Source: a virus
Reading direction: 5' to 3' (one strand)
IMG/VR virus record: IMGVR_UViG_3300045988_086792
DNA: 51,914 bases
Position 1 is the stretch's first letter, and the number at the start of each line of letters is the position of its first letter. Below the pieces are notes generated by a model. That model saw only the letters and a program-made list of their open reading frames with translations. It was not told the DNA's origin and did no database searches. The translations under genes and the position numbers were made by a program. Shown here in pieces: positions 1 through 8,838 of the stretch.

Positions 1-141
1 GACGGAATGCAATCTACTTTTTGCACAAAAACATGACGGAATGCTTGTGCAATTTTGCATGGCGGAATGCCGCTTGATTTGCTATAATATAATAAACGCG
101 CGCGAAAAGAGGTGATATGATGCCGATTTCGGAAAAAAAGA
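1..141. repeat. Terminal redundancy, left copy (identical to 51774-51914)
   Basis: Read base by base: 1-141 equals 51774-51914 (141/141). This implies a circularly closed contig with a unique length of 51,773 bp. Confidence 0.95.
80..88 (+). promoter_or_regulatory. Rightward extended -10 promoter TGCTATAAT (also at 51853-51861)
   Basis: TGnTATAAT motif about 30 nt upstream of the 117 start. Operator copy 4 lies where a -35 element would be. No good -35 is present. Confidence 0.5.
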
Positions 142-338
142 AAATCACAAATAGCCGGTATATCGCAAAATGCGATTCAATCCAAATCCGACCGCCGAAA
201 GATCGCGGCGGAGAAATCCGCGCCGCCGCCGCTGCTGCTGGGCAAAGTGTACAAGCGTATATCTTGCAGGCCTGCGCCGAAAGAATGGCCCGCGATGGAT
301 TCACCCCGGCGGAATCCGGGGAAGAAGGGGGACTATAG
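117..338 (+). CDS. Small ribbon-helix-helix (Arc/CopG-like) DNA-binding protein, candidate switch regulator
   Basis: 73 aa. IQIRPPKDRGGEIRAAAAAAGQSVQAYILQACAERMARDG fits a beta-strand plus two-helix RHH pattern. SD AGAGGTGA. The start may be 120. Confidence 0.5.
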   Translation: MMPISEKKKITNSRYIAKCDSIQIRPPKDRGGEIRAAAAAAGQSVQAYILQACAERMARDGFTPAESGEEGGL

Positions 339-339
339 G

Positions 340-1010
340 GGGTTACTGGGGCGGCATATATCCTAGTTCACCGTTACCTGTGGGGCGATATGCCGTTAGG
401 TGTAGAATCTGACCCCTCCGGCAGCGGCGAAAAGTACCGCCCCGCCGCCCCGCGAAAAGTACCCCGGCGGCATTCCGTGAAACGTGGGACCGTGGAGCAG
501 ATCGCCGCCAGCGCCGCCCACACTGGACGACCTCGCCGCCGCTGGGAAGAGAGAACAGCGGCAGACAGCACAACAGGCAGAGCAAGCCACACGGCCCGCC
601 CTGCCTGTTTTCTTTTTCTTCCGACTCCATCACAGCCCCGCCGCACAAGATGCCGCGCAGCCTGCGCCCTGCTGGATCACATCGCCGCGCTGCGGATCGG
701 TTCGCCATGGGAAGACCTCAGCGCCGCCCCGATGAGGACGCCGCCCACCAGATGAGCAGCAGACCGCGCCCCGCCGCCGCTCCCGATCTCCTGCCCTGAT
801 GCCCTGCACAGCAGCCAGCAGCAGCCCGCCGCCCTGCCCGCCCCGACCGGCGCGGCCCGCCCGATGAGCACTCCGCGCCCGCGCGAGGTACTGTGAGCGC
901 GCGCCCGCGTAATAGCGGGTCCAACAGCGCAAAAGTTTGCTAGTTTTTGAATCAAAAAATCCACTTCCGGCGGCTGGCCGGAAAAAAGGTGGGCGGGGGT
1001 CAAAAAATAT
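340..1010. other. GC-rich, C-skewed tract without a credible CDS
   Basis: Hand count for 721-900: 140/180 G+C, with 86 C versus 54 G. All six-frame ORFs here are Arg/Ala/Pro/Gly-rich and lack SD sites. The 12-mer GCGAAAAGTACC occurs twice (436-447, 461-472). Confidence 0.5.
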
Positions 1011-1048
1011 CACCAACATCTTATTATGGATGCTGGTGAATCTGCGAA

Positions 1049-1077
1049 TTGATTTCTATAAGAATCTATGCGACAAT
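1049..1077 (+). promoter_or_regulatory. Possible promoter of the lipoprotein gene
   Basis: TTGATT, 17 nt, GACAAT, about 40 nt upstream of the 1119 start. The -10 is weak. Confidence 0.3.
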
Positions 1078-1118
1078 AAAACTTACAAATTGCCATAGGC
1101 GAAAGGAGAAAAATTATC

Positions 1119-2171
1119 ATGAGAACGAAAATCTTCGGGGGGGGTAAACTCTCCCATGTGGCGGCGGTAGTTCTGTGCTGCGCGATGCTGGCAGGGTGTT
1201 CTAGTATCAAAAATCCCGCAAAGGCTCCATTCAGCGCGAAAGACTGCGCAGGCATGACGAGCGAAGAGGTTATGACCGATTTGCAGGATGCCGGGTTTAA
1301 GAACATCACCGTTACAGATGAAGAGACTACCACAAAGAAAGATGATGGAATTGTGGTGGAGGTTTCCATTGATGGTGAGACGGACTATAAGAAAAATGCC
1401 AAGTGGGAAGATACCGTACCCGTCGAGATCACAGCATATAAGCTAAAGCAGCTCGACGTGACGATGGAAGTCTCTGTGAGCGGAGAAGAGGGAAAGCCGG
1501 TATTCATTGTTCAAACAAATCTGCCGGATGGTCTGAAGCTGGACTTTACGTTGAGAAGTAGCGGCGGATACGCAAAGGCGCAGGATGCCAGAATTGAAAA
1601 CGGAAAGGCGGAGAGCCAACCGTTTACTGACAATGGGGCGGCGCTGAAAGGCGATTATACCTTGACAGTCACCATGACATTGACCGGGCAAGGGTTCCTT
1701 GCTCCGATGGGAGCCATTGGCAATGGTGATGTTCTGGCCGGGGATTTGATAAGCACTGACAAAGACGGACGACCGTGCGCATCTACAGAGTATGCTTACT
1801 CTTCCAACTTTGAACCTGCAATCTCGGAAGAGGATATGGAGGCTCTGCTGGAAATGGTGCTTGCCAACGATTCTGACATGTCCTATGAAGTAACGCCCTA
1901 TGACGATGGATTTATTGTAGATACATGGAGTGATGGCGTTGCCGATGGTGCAGCTTACGCGAAGCTGGGCATTTCGCCTTATGAAGAAATGTGGAAGCAG
2001 TTGACCCAGAATGCAAAAAGCTGTTCCAGTTCCCTGATGGCGTTGATGTCGGAGAACGGCTACGGAAACAAGCACCTGCTGTTCAACTTGATAAATGACC
2101 AAGACCCGGACAAAACGGACAATCTGCTCACGATCTTGGACGGCGTTGTAACGTACAACTATGCCTCCTAA
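1119..2171 (+). CDS. Lipoprotein (moron-like, possible surface or exclusion function)
   Basis: Signal peptide with lipobox: MRTKIFGGGKLSHVAAVVLCCAMLAGC|SS. SD AAAGGAGA. GC is lower than the flanking DNA. Confidence 0.75.
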   Translation: MRTKIFGGGKLSHVAAVVLCCAMLAGCSSIKNPAKAPFSAKDCAGMTSEEVMTDLQDAGFKNITVTDEETTTKKDDGIVVEVSIDGETDYKKNAKWEDTVPVEITAYKLKQLDVTMEVSVSGEEGKPVFIVQTNLPDGLKLDFTLRSSGGYAKAQDARIENGKAESQPFTDNGAALKGDYTLTVTMTLTGQGFLAPMGAIGNGDVLAGDLISTDKDGRPCASTEYAYSSNFEPAISEEDMEALLEMVLANDSDMSYEVTPYDDGFIVDTWSDGVADGAAYAKLGISPYEEMWKQLTQNAKSCSSSLMALMSENGYGNKHLLFNLINDQDPDKTDNLLTILDGVVTYNYAS

Positions 2172-2203
2172 ATAAAAGATGATACTCCATGATACTGATT
2201 TTG

Positions 2204-2212
2204 TGCTATAAT
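2204..2212 (+). promoter_or_regulatory. Late-operon promoter candidate, extended -10 TGCTATAAT
   Basis: Same 9-mer as the switch rightward promoter. It is preceded by the tandem 8-mer ATGATACT at 2179-86 and 2189-96. Confidence 0.45.
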
Positions 2213-2233
2213 TGATATAGTGGATTTTAGACG

Positions 2234-2267
2234 AAGCCCTGCGGCAGTGATGCCGTGGGGCTTTTTT
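2234..2267 (+). terminator. Intrinsic terminator 1 between the late promoter and the first late gene
   Basis: AAGCCCTGCGGCA-GTGA-TGCCGTGGGGCTT followed by TTTTTC. Confidence 0.7.
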
Positions 2268-2298
2268 CATCCCTGCGTGTCGGTAACGGCACAGAATA

Positions 2299-2335
2299 AA
2301 TGCTCTGTCGGGTTTACCCGGCAGGGCATTTTTTG
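2299..2335 (+). terminator. Intrinsic terminator 2 upstream of the first late gene
   Basis: AATGCTCTG-(14 nt)-CAGGGCATT followed by TTTTG. It ends 15 nt before the 2350 start. Confidence 0.6.
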
Positions 2336-2349
2336 TTGGAGGAAAAACA

Positions 2350-3102
2350 ATGCCAAGGCGGAGCGACAAAAGAGATGCCGCCCGCGAGGCGTATTTGAGC
2401 CGACGGCGGGACGGCAAGGAAGTAAACCTGCAAGAATTGGCGGAAGAGCTGGGGGTCAAGTACGATACCCTGCGCCGCTGGAAGTCTGCTGATAAGTGGG
2501 ATGAAGCGGAGCCACCGCATAAGCGGGCACGGGGTGGGCAGCCAAAGAATAAGAACGCTGTGGGCAACACCGGCGGCGCACCGCCCCGGAACCAGAACGC
2601 CCGGACGCACGGTGGATATGCCGCTATTTTCTTTGACCAGCTCACAGACGATGAACTGCTCATCATGGACAAAACCCCGAAGTTTGCCGTCAAGGCGCTG
2701 CGGGAAGAGCTTGGACTTCTGAAAGTTCAGGAGAAGCGGATACTTGACCAGATCATCGCGCTGGAAGATGCTGACCCGGATGAGCTGTATCTCAGCACTC
2801 TGCTGGATATGAGAGTCCCCGGTAAGGCCGGGACAGAAAAGAAAGACGGCGCACAGCAGAACATGGGAATGTACTCGAAAGAATCTGCTTTTACCCGCAA
2901 GATGCACCTGCAAGAAGCACTGAACAAAATCCAAGGCCGCATCGCAACCATCATCGGAAAGATTCAGCAGGCAGAGGAAAACGATGCCCGCATGAAACTG
3001 GAACGGGAAAAGCTGGAACTCCTGCGGCTGCGGGCAACCGGCAGGGTCGAGATCAAAGACGACGACAAGGAGGATGAGGACGATGACGCTTTACACGAGT
3101 AG
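2350..3102 (+). CDS. Terminase small-subunit-like HTH protein (YjcR/COG5484-like)
   Basis: N-terminal HTH (NLQELAEELGVKYDTLRRW), then GGQPKNKNAVGNTGGAPPRNQNARTHGGY repeats typical of this packaging-associated family. Confidence 0.55.
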   Translation: MPRRSDKRDAAREAYLSRRRDGKEVNLQELAEELGVKYDTLRRWKSADKWDEAEPPHKRARGGQPKNKNAVGNTGGAPPRNQNARTHGGYAAIFFDQLTDDELLIMDKTPKFAVKALREELGLLKVQEKRILDQIIALEDADPDELYLSTLLDMRVPGKAGTEKKDGAQQNMGMYSKESAFTRKMHLQEALNKIQGRIATIIGKIQQAEENDARMKLEREKLELLRLRATGRVEIKDDDKEDEDDDALHE

Positions 3103-3580
3103 GGTCGTGGCGCAGTACCTCAACCTCACTGAACGCCGAGTGCGTCAACTCCGGGACGAGGGCGTTATCAAGGAAAAGCGACCGGGACTGTATGACCTCA
3201 TCGACACCATGAGCCGGTACATCAAGTACATTGGCTCTGGCAGCAAAGCCGACCTGAACGAAGAACGCGCCAAGCTGACCAAAGCAAAGCGCAAAGCGGC
3301 AGAGATGGAAAACAAAGTGCGGAAAGCGGAACTGCTGGAAGTAGGCAGCGTGGAAAAAACCTACTCCACAGTGATAATGAACTTCCGCTCCCGCATCCTT
3401 GCCCTGCCGCAAAAGCTGGCTCCCGCCGTAGCGTCGATGGAGGGCGACCAGCAGCAGATACAAGACCTGATCCAAGCGGAACTTGAGGAAACTCTGGGCA
3501 CTCTGAGCCATGTCGAAGAAGCACTGGCCGAAGCGGAGGGTGAAACGGATGAAGAGGAAAAAGCGGCGGACACGGAATAA
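3083..3580 (+). CDS. Terminase small subunit, lambda Nu1-like
   Basis: Winged-HTH N-terminus (VVAQYLNLTERRVRQLRDEGV), then ERAKLTKAKRKAAEMENKVRKAELLEV. SD AAGGAGG 9 nt upstream of ATG 3083. It lies directly before the large terminase. Confidence 0.6.
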   Translation: MTLYTSRVVAQYLNLTERRVRQLRDEGVIKEKRPGLYDLIDTMSRYIKYIGSGSKADLNEERAKLTKAKRKAAEMENKVRKAELLEVGSVEKTYSTVIMNFRSRILALPQKLAPAVASMEGDQQQIQDLIQAELEETLGTLSHVEEALAEAEGETDEEEKAADTE

Positions 3581-3660
3581 AAATCCGTGCGCCGGTTGTC
3601 ATTGGGGCTACGTCCTGAACGAAGAGCAGGTCTATTGCCCTATGCCGAGGTGCGTCAAGG

Positions 3661-5514
3661 ATGAACGAGAAAAATCGAAAGATAATCGAAGTAGACCCGA
3701 ATGTGCTGGAACTGTTCACGCGGGTATTGCTGAAACTGAAACCGCCCCCGAAGCTGACGATCAGTGAGTGGGCAGACCAGTTTCGGCGGATGTCCCCGGA
3801 AGCCAGCGCACGTCCGGGACGGTGGCGCACGGACAGTGCCCCGTATCTGCGCGAGATTATGGATGCCATCAGCGACCCCCATGTTCATGAGGTGGTGCTC
3901 AAATCCTCTTCGCAGGTTGGCAAAACAGAAGTGATTCTGAATGTGCTGGGCTACAACATCGACTATAACCCGGCTCCGATTCTGGTATTGCAGCCGACGG
4001 TAGAGATGGGTCAGACCTTTTCCAAAGACCGGCTGGCTCCCATGATTCGGGATACCGTTGTGCTGCGAAAAAAGATGGACGCAAAGAGTCGCTTCTCCGG
4101 CAACACCATCATGCAGAAGACATTCCCCGGCGGTCATGTGACCATCGTTGGAGCAAACTCCCCGGCGGGCTTGGCAAGCCGCCCTATCAAAATCGTTCTG
4201 GCTGATGAGGTGGACCGTTACCCTAAAAGCGCCGGAACCGAGGGCGACCCGCTGAATCTGGCGCGGACCCGTCAGACGACATTCTGGGATAAGAAAACGG
4301 TGCTGGTGTCAACGCCTACCATCAAAGGCGACAGCCGCATTGAAGACGCTTGGCTGGAAAGCACGATGGAAGAGTGGACTGTGCCCTGCCCGGAATGCGG
4401 CGAGTATCAGCCGATGGTCTGGGCAAATGTGGTGTTCGACCGGGAACACTGGCCGAGAGGCGGTGTGCAGTACCGGTGTGAATCCTGCGGTTGCATCGCA
4501 GGTGAATACCGGTGGAAAGCACAGGGCAAGAAAGGCCGGTATGCCGCCCTGCACCCGGAACGGGAAATCCGGGGTTTCCACCTCAACGTGCTGGCTTCTT
4601 CTTTCTGCGCATGGTCCAACATCGTGACGGAATTTCTTTCTGCCAAAGAAGCGCTGGACCATGGCAACCCGGAGCTGATGAAAGTCTGGGTCAACACGAA
4701 ATTAGGTGAGACATGGGAAGAGCGCGGCGAAACGGCTGATGATATGGCTCTGCTGTCCCGCCGCGAGATGTATCCCGCAACCGTTCCGGCACAAGTGCTG
4801 GTGCTCACCTGCGGTATCGACGTGCAGGATGATCGCTTTGAGCTGGAACTTGTTGGCTGGGGAGTCGGAAAAGAGAGCTGGGGCATCCGGTATCAGAAGA
4901 TATACGGCGACCCGCTCAAGCCGCAGATTTGGGAGGACCTTGACCGATTCCTGCAAACGCGCTGGCGCAGGGAAGATGGCGTGGTGTTGGACATTCTGGC
5001 AGCGGCAATGGATACCGGCGGACATCATACGGACGCTGTGTATCGTTTCTGCCTTGACCGGTTTTATCGTCATGTTTACGCCATCAAGGGACGCGGCGGC
5101 ACAGAAACACCGTTCGTCTCGAAGCCGAGCACCGGCAACCGTGTTGGTGTTCCGCTGTACACCATTGGCGTTGACAATGGCAAGACGATGGTGTACCAGC
5201 GATTGAATGTGCAGGCTGAGGGGCCGAACTACTGCCACTTCCCACTGAACGAAGCGGCAGGATACGATGAGGTTTACTTTAAGGGGCTGACCGCAGAGAA
5301 GCAGGTCATCCGGTGGAAGAAAGGCCGGCCCTCTACGGCGTGGGAGCTGAAAGACCCGAACTATCATCGCAACGAACCGCTGGACTGTCGGGATTATGCG
5401 CTGGCCGCACTGGAAATTGCAAACCCCGTGTTGGAAAACCCGGAGGAAGAAACAGAAATGCAAACGCCCCAGCGCCAAGCTGGCCGCAGAATCGTATCGG
5501 GAGGTATCGGGTAA
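3661..5514 (+). CDS. terL: Terminase large subunit, lambda GpA family
   Basis: 617 aa. Walker-A-like KSSSQVGKTE. Zn-ribbon CPECGEY...CESCGC. Position and length fit GpA. Confidence 0.9.
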   Translation: MNEKNRKIIEVDPNVLELFTRVLLKLKPPPKLTISEWADQFRRMSPEASARPGRWRTDSAPYLREIMDAISDPHVHEVVLKSSSQVGKTEVILNVLGYNIDYNPAPILVLQPTVEMGQTFSKDRLAPMIRDTVVLRKKMDAKSRFSGNTIMQKTFPGGHVTIVGANSPAGLASRPIKIVLADEVDRYPKSAGTEGDPLNLARTRQTTFWDKKTVLVSTPTIKGDSRIEDAWLESTMEEWTVPCPECGEYQPMVWANVVFDREHWPRGGVQYRCESCGCIAGEYRWKAQGKKGRYAALHPEREIRGFHLNVLASSFCAWSNIVTEFLSAKEALDHGNPELMKVWVNTKLGETWEERGETADDMALLSRREMYPATVPAQVLVLTCGIDVQDDRFELELVGWGVGKESWGIRYQKIYGDPLKPQIWEDLDRFLQTRWRREDGVVLDILAAAMDTGGHHTDAVYRFCLDRFYRHVYAIKGRGGTETPFVSKPSTGNRVGVPLYTIGVDNGKTMVYQRLNVQAEGPNYCHFPLNEAAGYDEVYFKGLTAEKQVIRWKKGRPSTAWELKDPNYHRNEPLDCRDYALAALEIANPVLENPEEETEMQTPQRQAGRRIVSGGIG

Positions 5515-5748
5515 ATGGCAGGTATCACAAAAGAGCAGGCGGAAGCCAAGCTGCAAACATGGATGGAAGCCGAAGAGAAAATTGCCAGCGGACAAGGCTA
5601 CTCCATCGGCGACCGCCGCCTGACCCGCGCTGACCTCTATACGGTTCGCGGTGAAATCGAATACTGGAACAACAAGGTAAAAGAGCTGGAAGCGGCAGAA
5701 CAGAGCGGGCGCAACAGGATGTACCGCTTTGTGATACGCGACATCTGA
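5515..5748 (+). CDS. Head-tail joining protein, lambda gpW-like
   Basis: 77 aa, between terminase and portal as in lambda. AKLQTWMEAEEKIASGQGYSIGDRRLTRADL pattern. Confidence 0.6.
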   Translation: MAGITKEQAEAKLQTWMEAEEKIASGQGYSIGDRRLTRADLYTVRGEIEYWNNKVKELEAAEQSGRNRMYRFVIRDI

Positions 5749-5759
5749 CGGAGGGCGAC

Positions 5760-7379
5760 ATGGCAAAAATGAACCTCATAGACAGGGCGGTTGCTGTCGT
5801 CTCCCCGGAACGGGGCTTGCGCCGCGCGGCGGCAAGACAGAGTCTTGAATTTATCAATTCTGGCTACGGAAACTATGGCGCTTCCACAACCAAGAAATCT
5901 ATGCGCGGCTGGCAGTTTGCCGGTGGCGATGCAAAAAGCGACATCGAAGATAACCTCAAGACTCTGCGGGAGCGGAGTCGTGACGCTTACATGGGCGTTC
6001 CCATTGCGACCGGCGCACTGAAGACCATGCGGACAAACGTGGTGGCGGGCGGTCTGACCCCATCACCGCAGATCGACGCAGAGTTTCTGGGCATGACACC
6101 AGAGCAGGCAAATACCCTGCAAATGCAGATTCTCCGGGAATTTTCGCTGTGGGCGGACAGCCCGCTGTGTGACGCTGACCGGGTGGACAACTTCTATAAA
6201 CTCCAGCAGCTTGCGTTCCTTGCCTACATGATGAACGGAGACGCATTTGCGGTTTTGCCCATGCGGCACAACATCGGCCAGCCGTATGACTTGCGGGTGC
6301 AGCTCATCGAAGCCGACCGGGTGTGCAGCCCAGATCAGGATGACCGGCTGTTCCCGTGCGTTGTGGATGACCATGCGGTTTCCAGCATTGTGCAGGGCAT
6401 CGAAACGGATGACACGGGCATGGTGGTCGCTTACTGGATTTGCAACCAGCACCCGCTTTCGAGCATGGCAGCGATGCCGGAACCGATGAAGTGGCAGCGG
6501 GTGGAAGCCTACGGCGAAACGACAGGACGGCGGAACATTCTGCACATCATGAACCGGGAACGCTCCGGCCAGCGGCGCGGTGTTCCGATGCTTGCACCGG
6601 TGCTGGAAGCCCTCAAACAGTTGGGCAGATATACAGATGCAGAGATCACGGCAGCGGTCATCAGCGCGATGTTCACGGTTTTCATTTCCAAGAAAACGCC
6701 GTCCATTGGCCGTCCGCTGGGCGAAGTGATCCCGCCCAACCAGCAGATCGACGCACAGGACCGGGGAACCATTGAGCTGGCTGCCGGTGCGATCATCGAC
6801 CTTGACGAAAACGAGGAAGTGCAGTTCGCAGACCCGAAGCACCCCAATACCGGCTTTGATGCGTTCTCGACGGCCATCATCCGGCAGATTGCGGCGGCGC
6901 TGGAAATTCCGAGTGAGGTGCTCATGAAGCAGTTCACGGCCAGTTACAGTGCCGCGCGTGGTGCGCTGAATGAATTTTGGCGAACCTGTGACATGATGCG
7001 AAGCTGGTTCGTGGATGACTTCTGCCAGCCCATCTATGAAGAGTGGATGACGGAAGCAGTCGCTACCGGGCGCATCAATGCGCCGGGATTCCTCACAGAC
7101 CCGGCTGTTAAGAAAGCCTATACTTCCTGCACTTGGAATGGGCCAGCACGAACAAACCTAAACCCCGTGCAGGAAGTGGACGCTGCGGTGAAGCGCGTGG
7201 GCGCGGGATTCTCGACCGCAGATCAGGAAACCGCAACGATGAACGGCGGCAGCTATGCGATGAACATTCGCCAGCGGCTTATCGAGGCGAAGATGAAAAA
7301 GGAGGTGGACGACATTGCAAATGGCGAAACGGTACAGAATCGTAAATCAGACGGCGACCCTACCCAAAGTGAAAAATGA
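5760..7379 (+). CDS. Portal protein, lambda gpB family
   Basis: 539 aa. Assigned from synteny (terminase-W-portal-protease) and overall sequence character. Confidence 0.85.
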   Translation: MAKMNLIDRAVAVVSPERGLRRAAARQSLEFINSGYGNYGASTTKKSMRGWQFAGGDAKSDIEDNLKTLRERSRDAYMGVPIATGALKTMRTNVVAGGLTPSPQIDAEFLGMTPEQANTLQMQILREFSLWADSPLCDADRVDNFYKLQQLAFLAYMMNGDAFAVLPMRHNIGQPYDLRVQLIEADRVCSPDQDDRLFPCVVDDHAVSSIVQGIETDDTGMVVAYWICNQHPLSSMAAMPEPMKWQRVEAYGETTGRRNILHIMNRERSGQRRGVPMLAPVLEALKQLGRYTDAEITAAVISAMFTVFISKKTPSIGRPLGEVIPPNQQIDAQDRGTIELAAGAIIDLDENEEVQFADPKHPNTGFDAFSTAIIRQIAAALEIPSEVLMKQFTASYSAARGALNEFWRTCDMMRSWFVDDFCQPIYEEWMTEAVATGRINAPGFLTDPAVKKAYTSCTWNGPARTNLNPVQEVDAAVKRVGAGFSTADQETATMNGGSYAMNIRQRLIEAKMKKEVDDIANGETVQNRKSDGDPTQSEK

Positions 7380-8469
7380 ACCGTTCTGGAAGTTCCGTAA
7401 CTTGGCGGGTGATGACGAGAAAGCGGAACTGCTTCTCTATGGCGACATTGCAGAACGGAGCTGGTGGGACGATGCGGCAACTCCGAAAAAGTTCGCGGAG
7501 GACCTTGCGGCTCTGGGTGCTGTCAAAGAAATCACGGTTTATATCAACTCTGGTGGCGGCGATGTTTTTGCAGCGCAGGCCATCGGCAATATGCTGGAAC
7601 GCAACAGCGCAACGGTAATTGCACATATCGACGGCCTGTGCGCCAGTGCAGCAACCATTGTTGCCTGCCATGCCAATAAAGTTGTGGCGGCAGCAGATGC
7701 AAGTTACATGGTGCATCCGCCCAGCATGGGTGTGTGCGATTACCTTACCGCAGAGGATATGCGCAACTGTCTGAAAGCTCTGGACACCATCCGGGGCAAC
7801 ATCGTCGCTCTTTACGCCAAAAAGACCGGCAAGAGCGAGGACGAATGCGGAACATGGATGGACGAAACGAACTGGTGGACTGCCGCACAGGCCAAGGAGA
7901 ACGGCTTTGTGGATGAGGTGGACGATGAAGAGACGGACACCGTGGTGGAGAACCGGAACGGAATGCTGTTTGTGAACAGCATCGGTATGGGCCTGCCGTT
8001 CGATAAGGCTCCTGATTTTGTCAAAAGCCGCATGGGTGCAAAAACACCCGGCGGCTTTTCTAATGCCACAAATAATCCGGGACAGACCGGAACACAGGAG
8101 GAAGAAGCAATGGAAATCAAAAACAAAGATGACCTGATGAAAGCGTACCCGGATATGGTCAACGAGATCAGAAAGGATGCTGCCATCGACGCTATCAACC
8201 GGGAACGCGCCCGCATCAAGGACATTCAGGACATGACCCTGCCCGGTATGGAACAGGTGATGCAGGATGCCCTTTACGGTGAGCACCCGATGGATGCCAC
8301 CGCGTATGCAAAGGAAGTCGCCAAGGCCGCCAAGAAGCAGGCACAGAACCATGCCACGGCTCTGCACGATGACGCAAAGAACAGCGGTGCAAATGGTGTG
8401 CAGGGCGGCGGTGATGACCAGACCGACGTTTACATGGATGCCCTGCGCTCCATTGGCAAAAAGAAGTAA
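7315..8469 (+). CDS. Head maturation protease (ClpP/S49-type) with C-terminal scaffold-like region
   Basis: VYINSGGGDVFAAQAIGNMLE...IDGLCASAATIVAC is a ClpP-fold serine protease core. The C-terminal third is charged and helical. Confidence 0.8.
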   Translation: MQMAKRYRIVNQTATLPKVKNEPFWKFRNLAGDDEKAELLLYGDIAERSWWDDAATPKKFAEDLAALGAVKEITVYINSGGGDVFAAQAIGNMLERNSATVIAHIDGLCASAATIVACHANKVVAAADASYMVHPPSMGVCDYLTAEDMRNCLKALDTIRGNIVALYAKKTGKSEDECGTWMDETNWWTAAQAKENGFVDEVDDEETDTVVENRNGMLFVNSIGMGLPFDKAPDFVKSRMGAKTPGGFSNATNNPGQTGTQEEEAMEIKNKDDLMKAYPDMVNEIRKDAAIDAINRERARIKDIQDMTLPGMEQVMQDALYGEHPMDATAYAKEVAKAAKKQAQNHATALHDDAKNSGANGVQGGGDDQTDVYMDALRSIGKKK

Positions 8470-8481
8470 GGAGGAACCGTT

Positions 8482-8820
8482 ATGAGCATGAATCTTACGC
8501 CTGAAAAGTTTTCGTGTGAGCCGGAATACCTGCTGGCGGGCACGGACATTTGCGTTACTACTGCCGTCAAAAAGGCAGCCTCCGCTCTGAAAGCAGGTGC
8601 GCCGGTCAAGCTGGACAGTTCCGGCAAGGCGGCCCCCGTGGCAAAGGCGGATGGCACGACCGGTCTGTACGGCATCACCACCGAGGATTTCAAATCCGGT
8701 GAGGATGCCGTGATCTACCTGACCGGCGAGTTCTTTGCTGACCGGCTGGCGCTGGAAACCGGCGTGACCGCTGCTTCTCTGGAAGTGGCGTTCCGTAACA
8801 TTGGCATTTTCCTGAAGTAA
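8482..8820 (+). CDS. Head decoration protein, lambda gpD-like
   Basis: 112 aa, immediately upstream of the major capsid gene. Ends YLTGEFFADRLAL...IFLK. Confidence 0.6.
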   Translation: MSMNLTPEKFSCEPEYLLAGTDICVTTAVKKAASALKAGAPVKLDSSGKAAPVAKADGTTGLYGITTEDFKSGEDAVIYLTGEFFADRLALETGVTAASLEVAFRNIGIFLK

Positions 8821-8838
8821 GGAAAGGAGGATAACGAT

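Noticed and set aside
1-141. Biological direct terminal repeat or cos-flanking redundancy.
   Set aside because: The repeat boundary falls inside the operator array and a coding start, and its length equals a standard assembler k-mer. It is treated as a circularisation artefact pending read-level evidence.
465-474. The 10-mer AAAGTACCCC recurs at 43339-43348, just upstream of the Rep gene (possible nick site or origin link).
   Set aside because: Identical 10-mers are expected many times by chance in about 52 kb on two strands. Only the local tandem 12-mer pair at 436-472 is noted.
479-487. Inverted fifth copy of the operator core (GCATTCCGT, the reverse complement of ACGGAATGC).
   Set aside because: Only a 9-mer matches, and about 0.4 chance occurrences are expected in a genome of this size. 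It lies 140 nt beyond the regulator gene with no promoter nearby.
343-1019. ORFs 343-708(-), 374-646(-), 390-755(+), 484-735(+), 630-1019(-), 677-1003(-) and 718-924(-).
   Set aside because: They overlap one another in a 78% GC tract. Their composition is extreme in Arg/Ala/Pro/Gly and none has an SD. There is no basis for choosing any of them.
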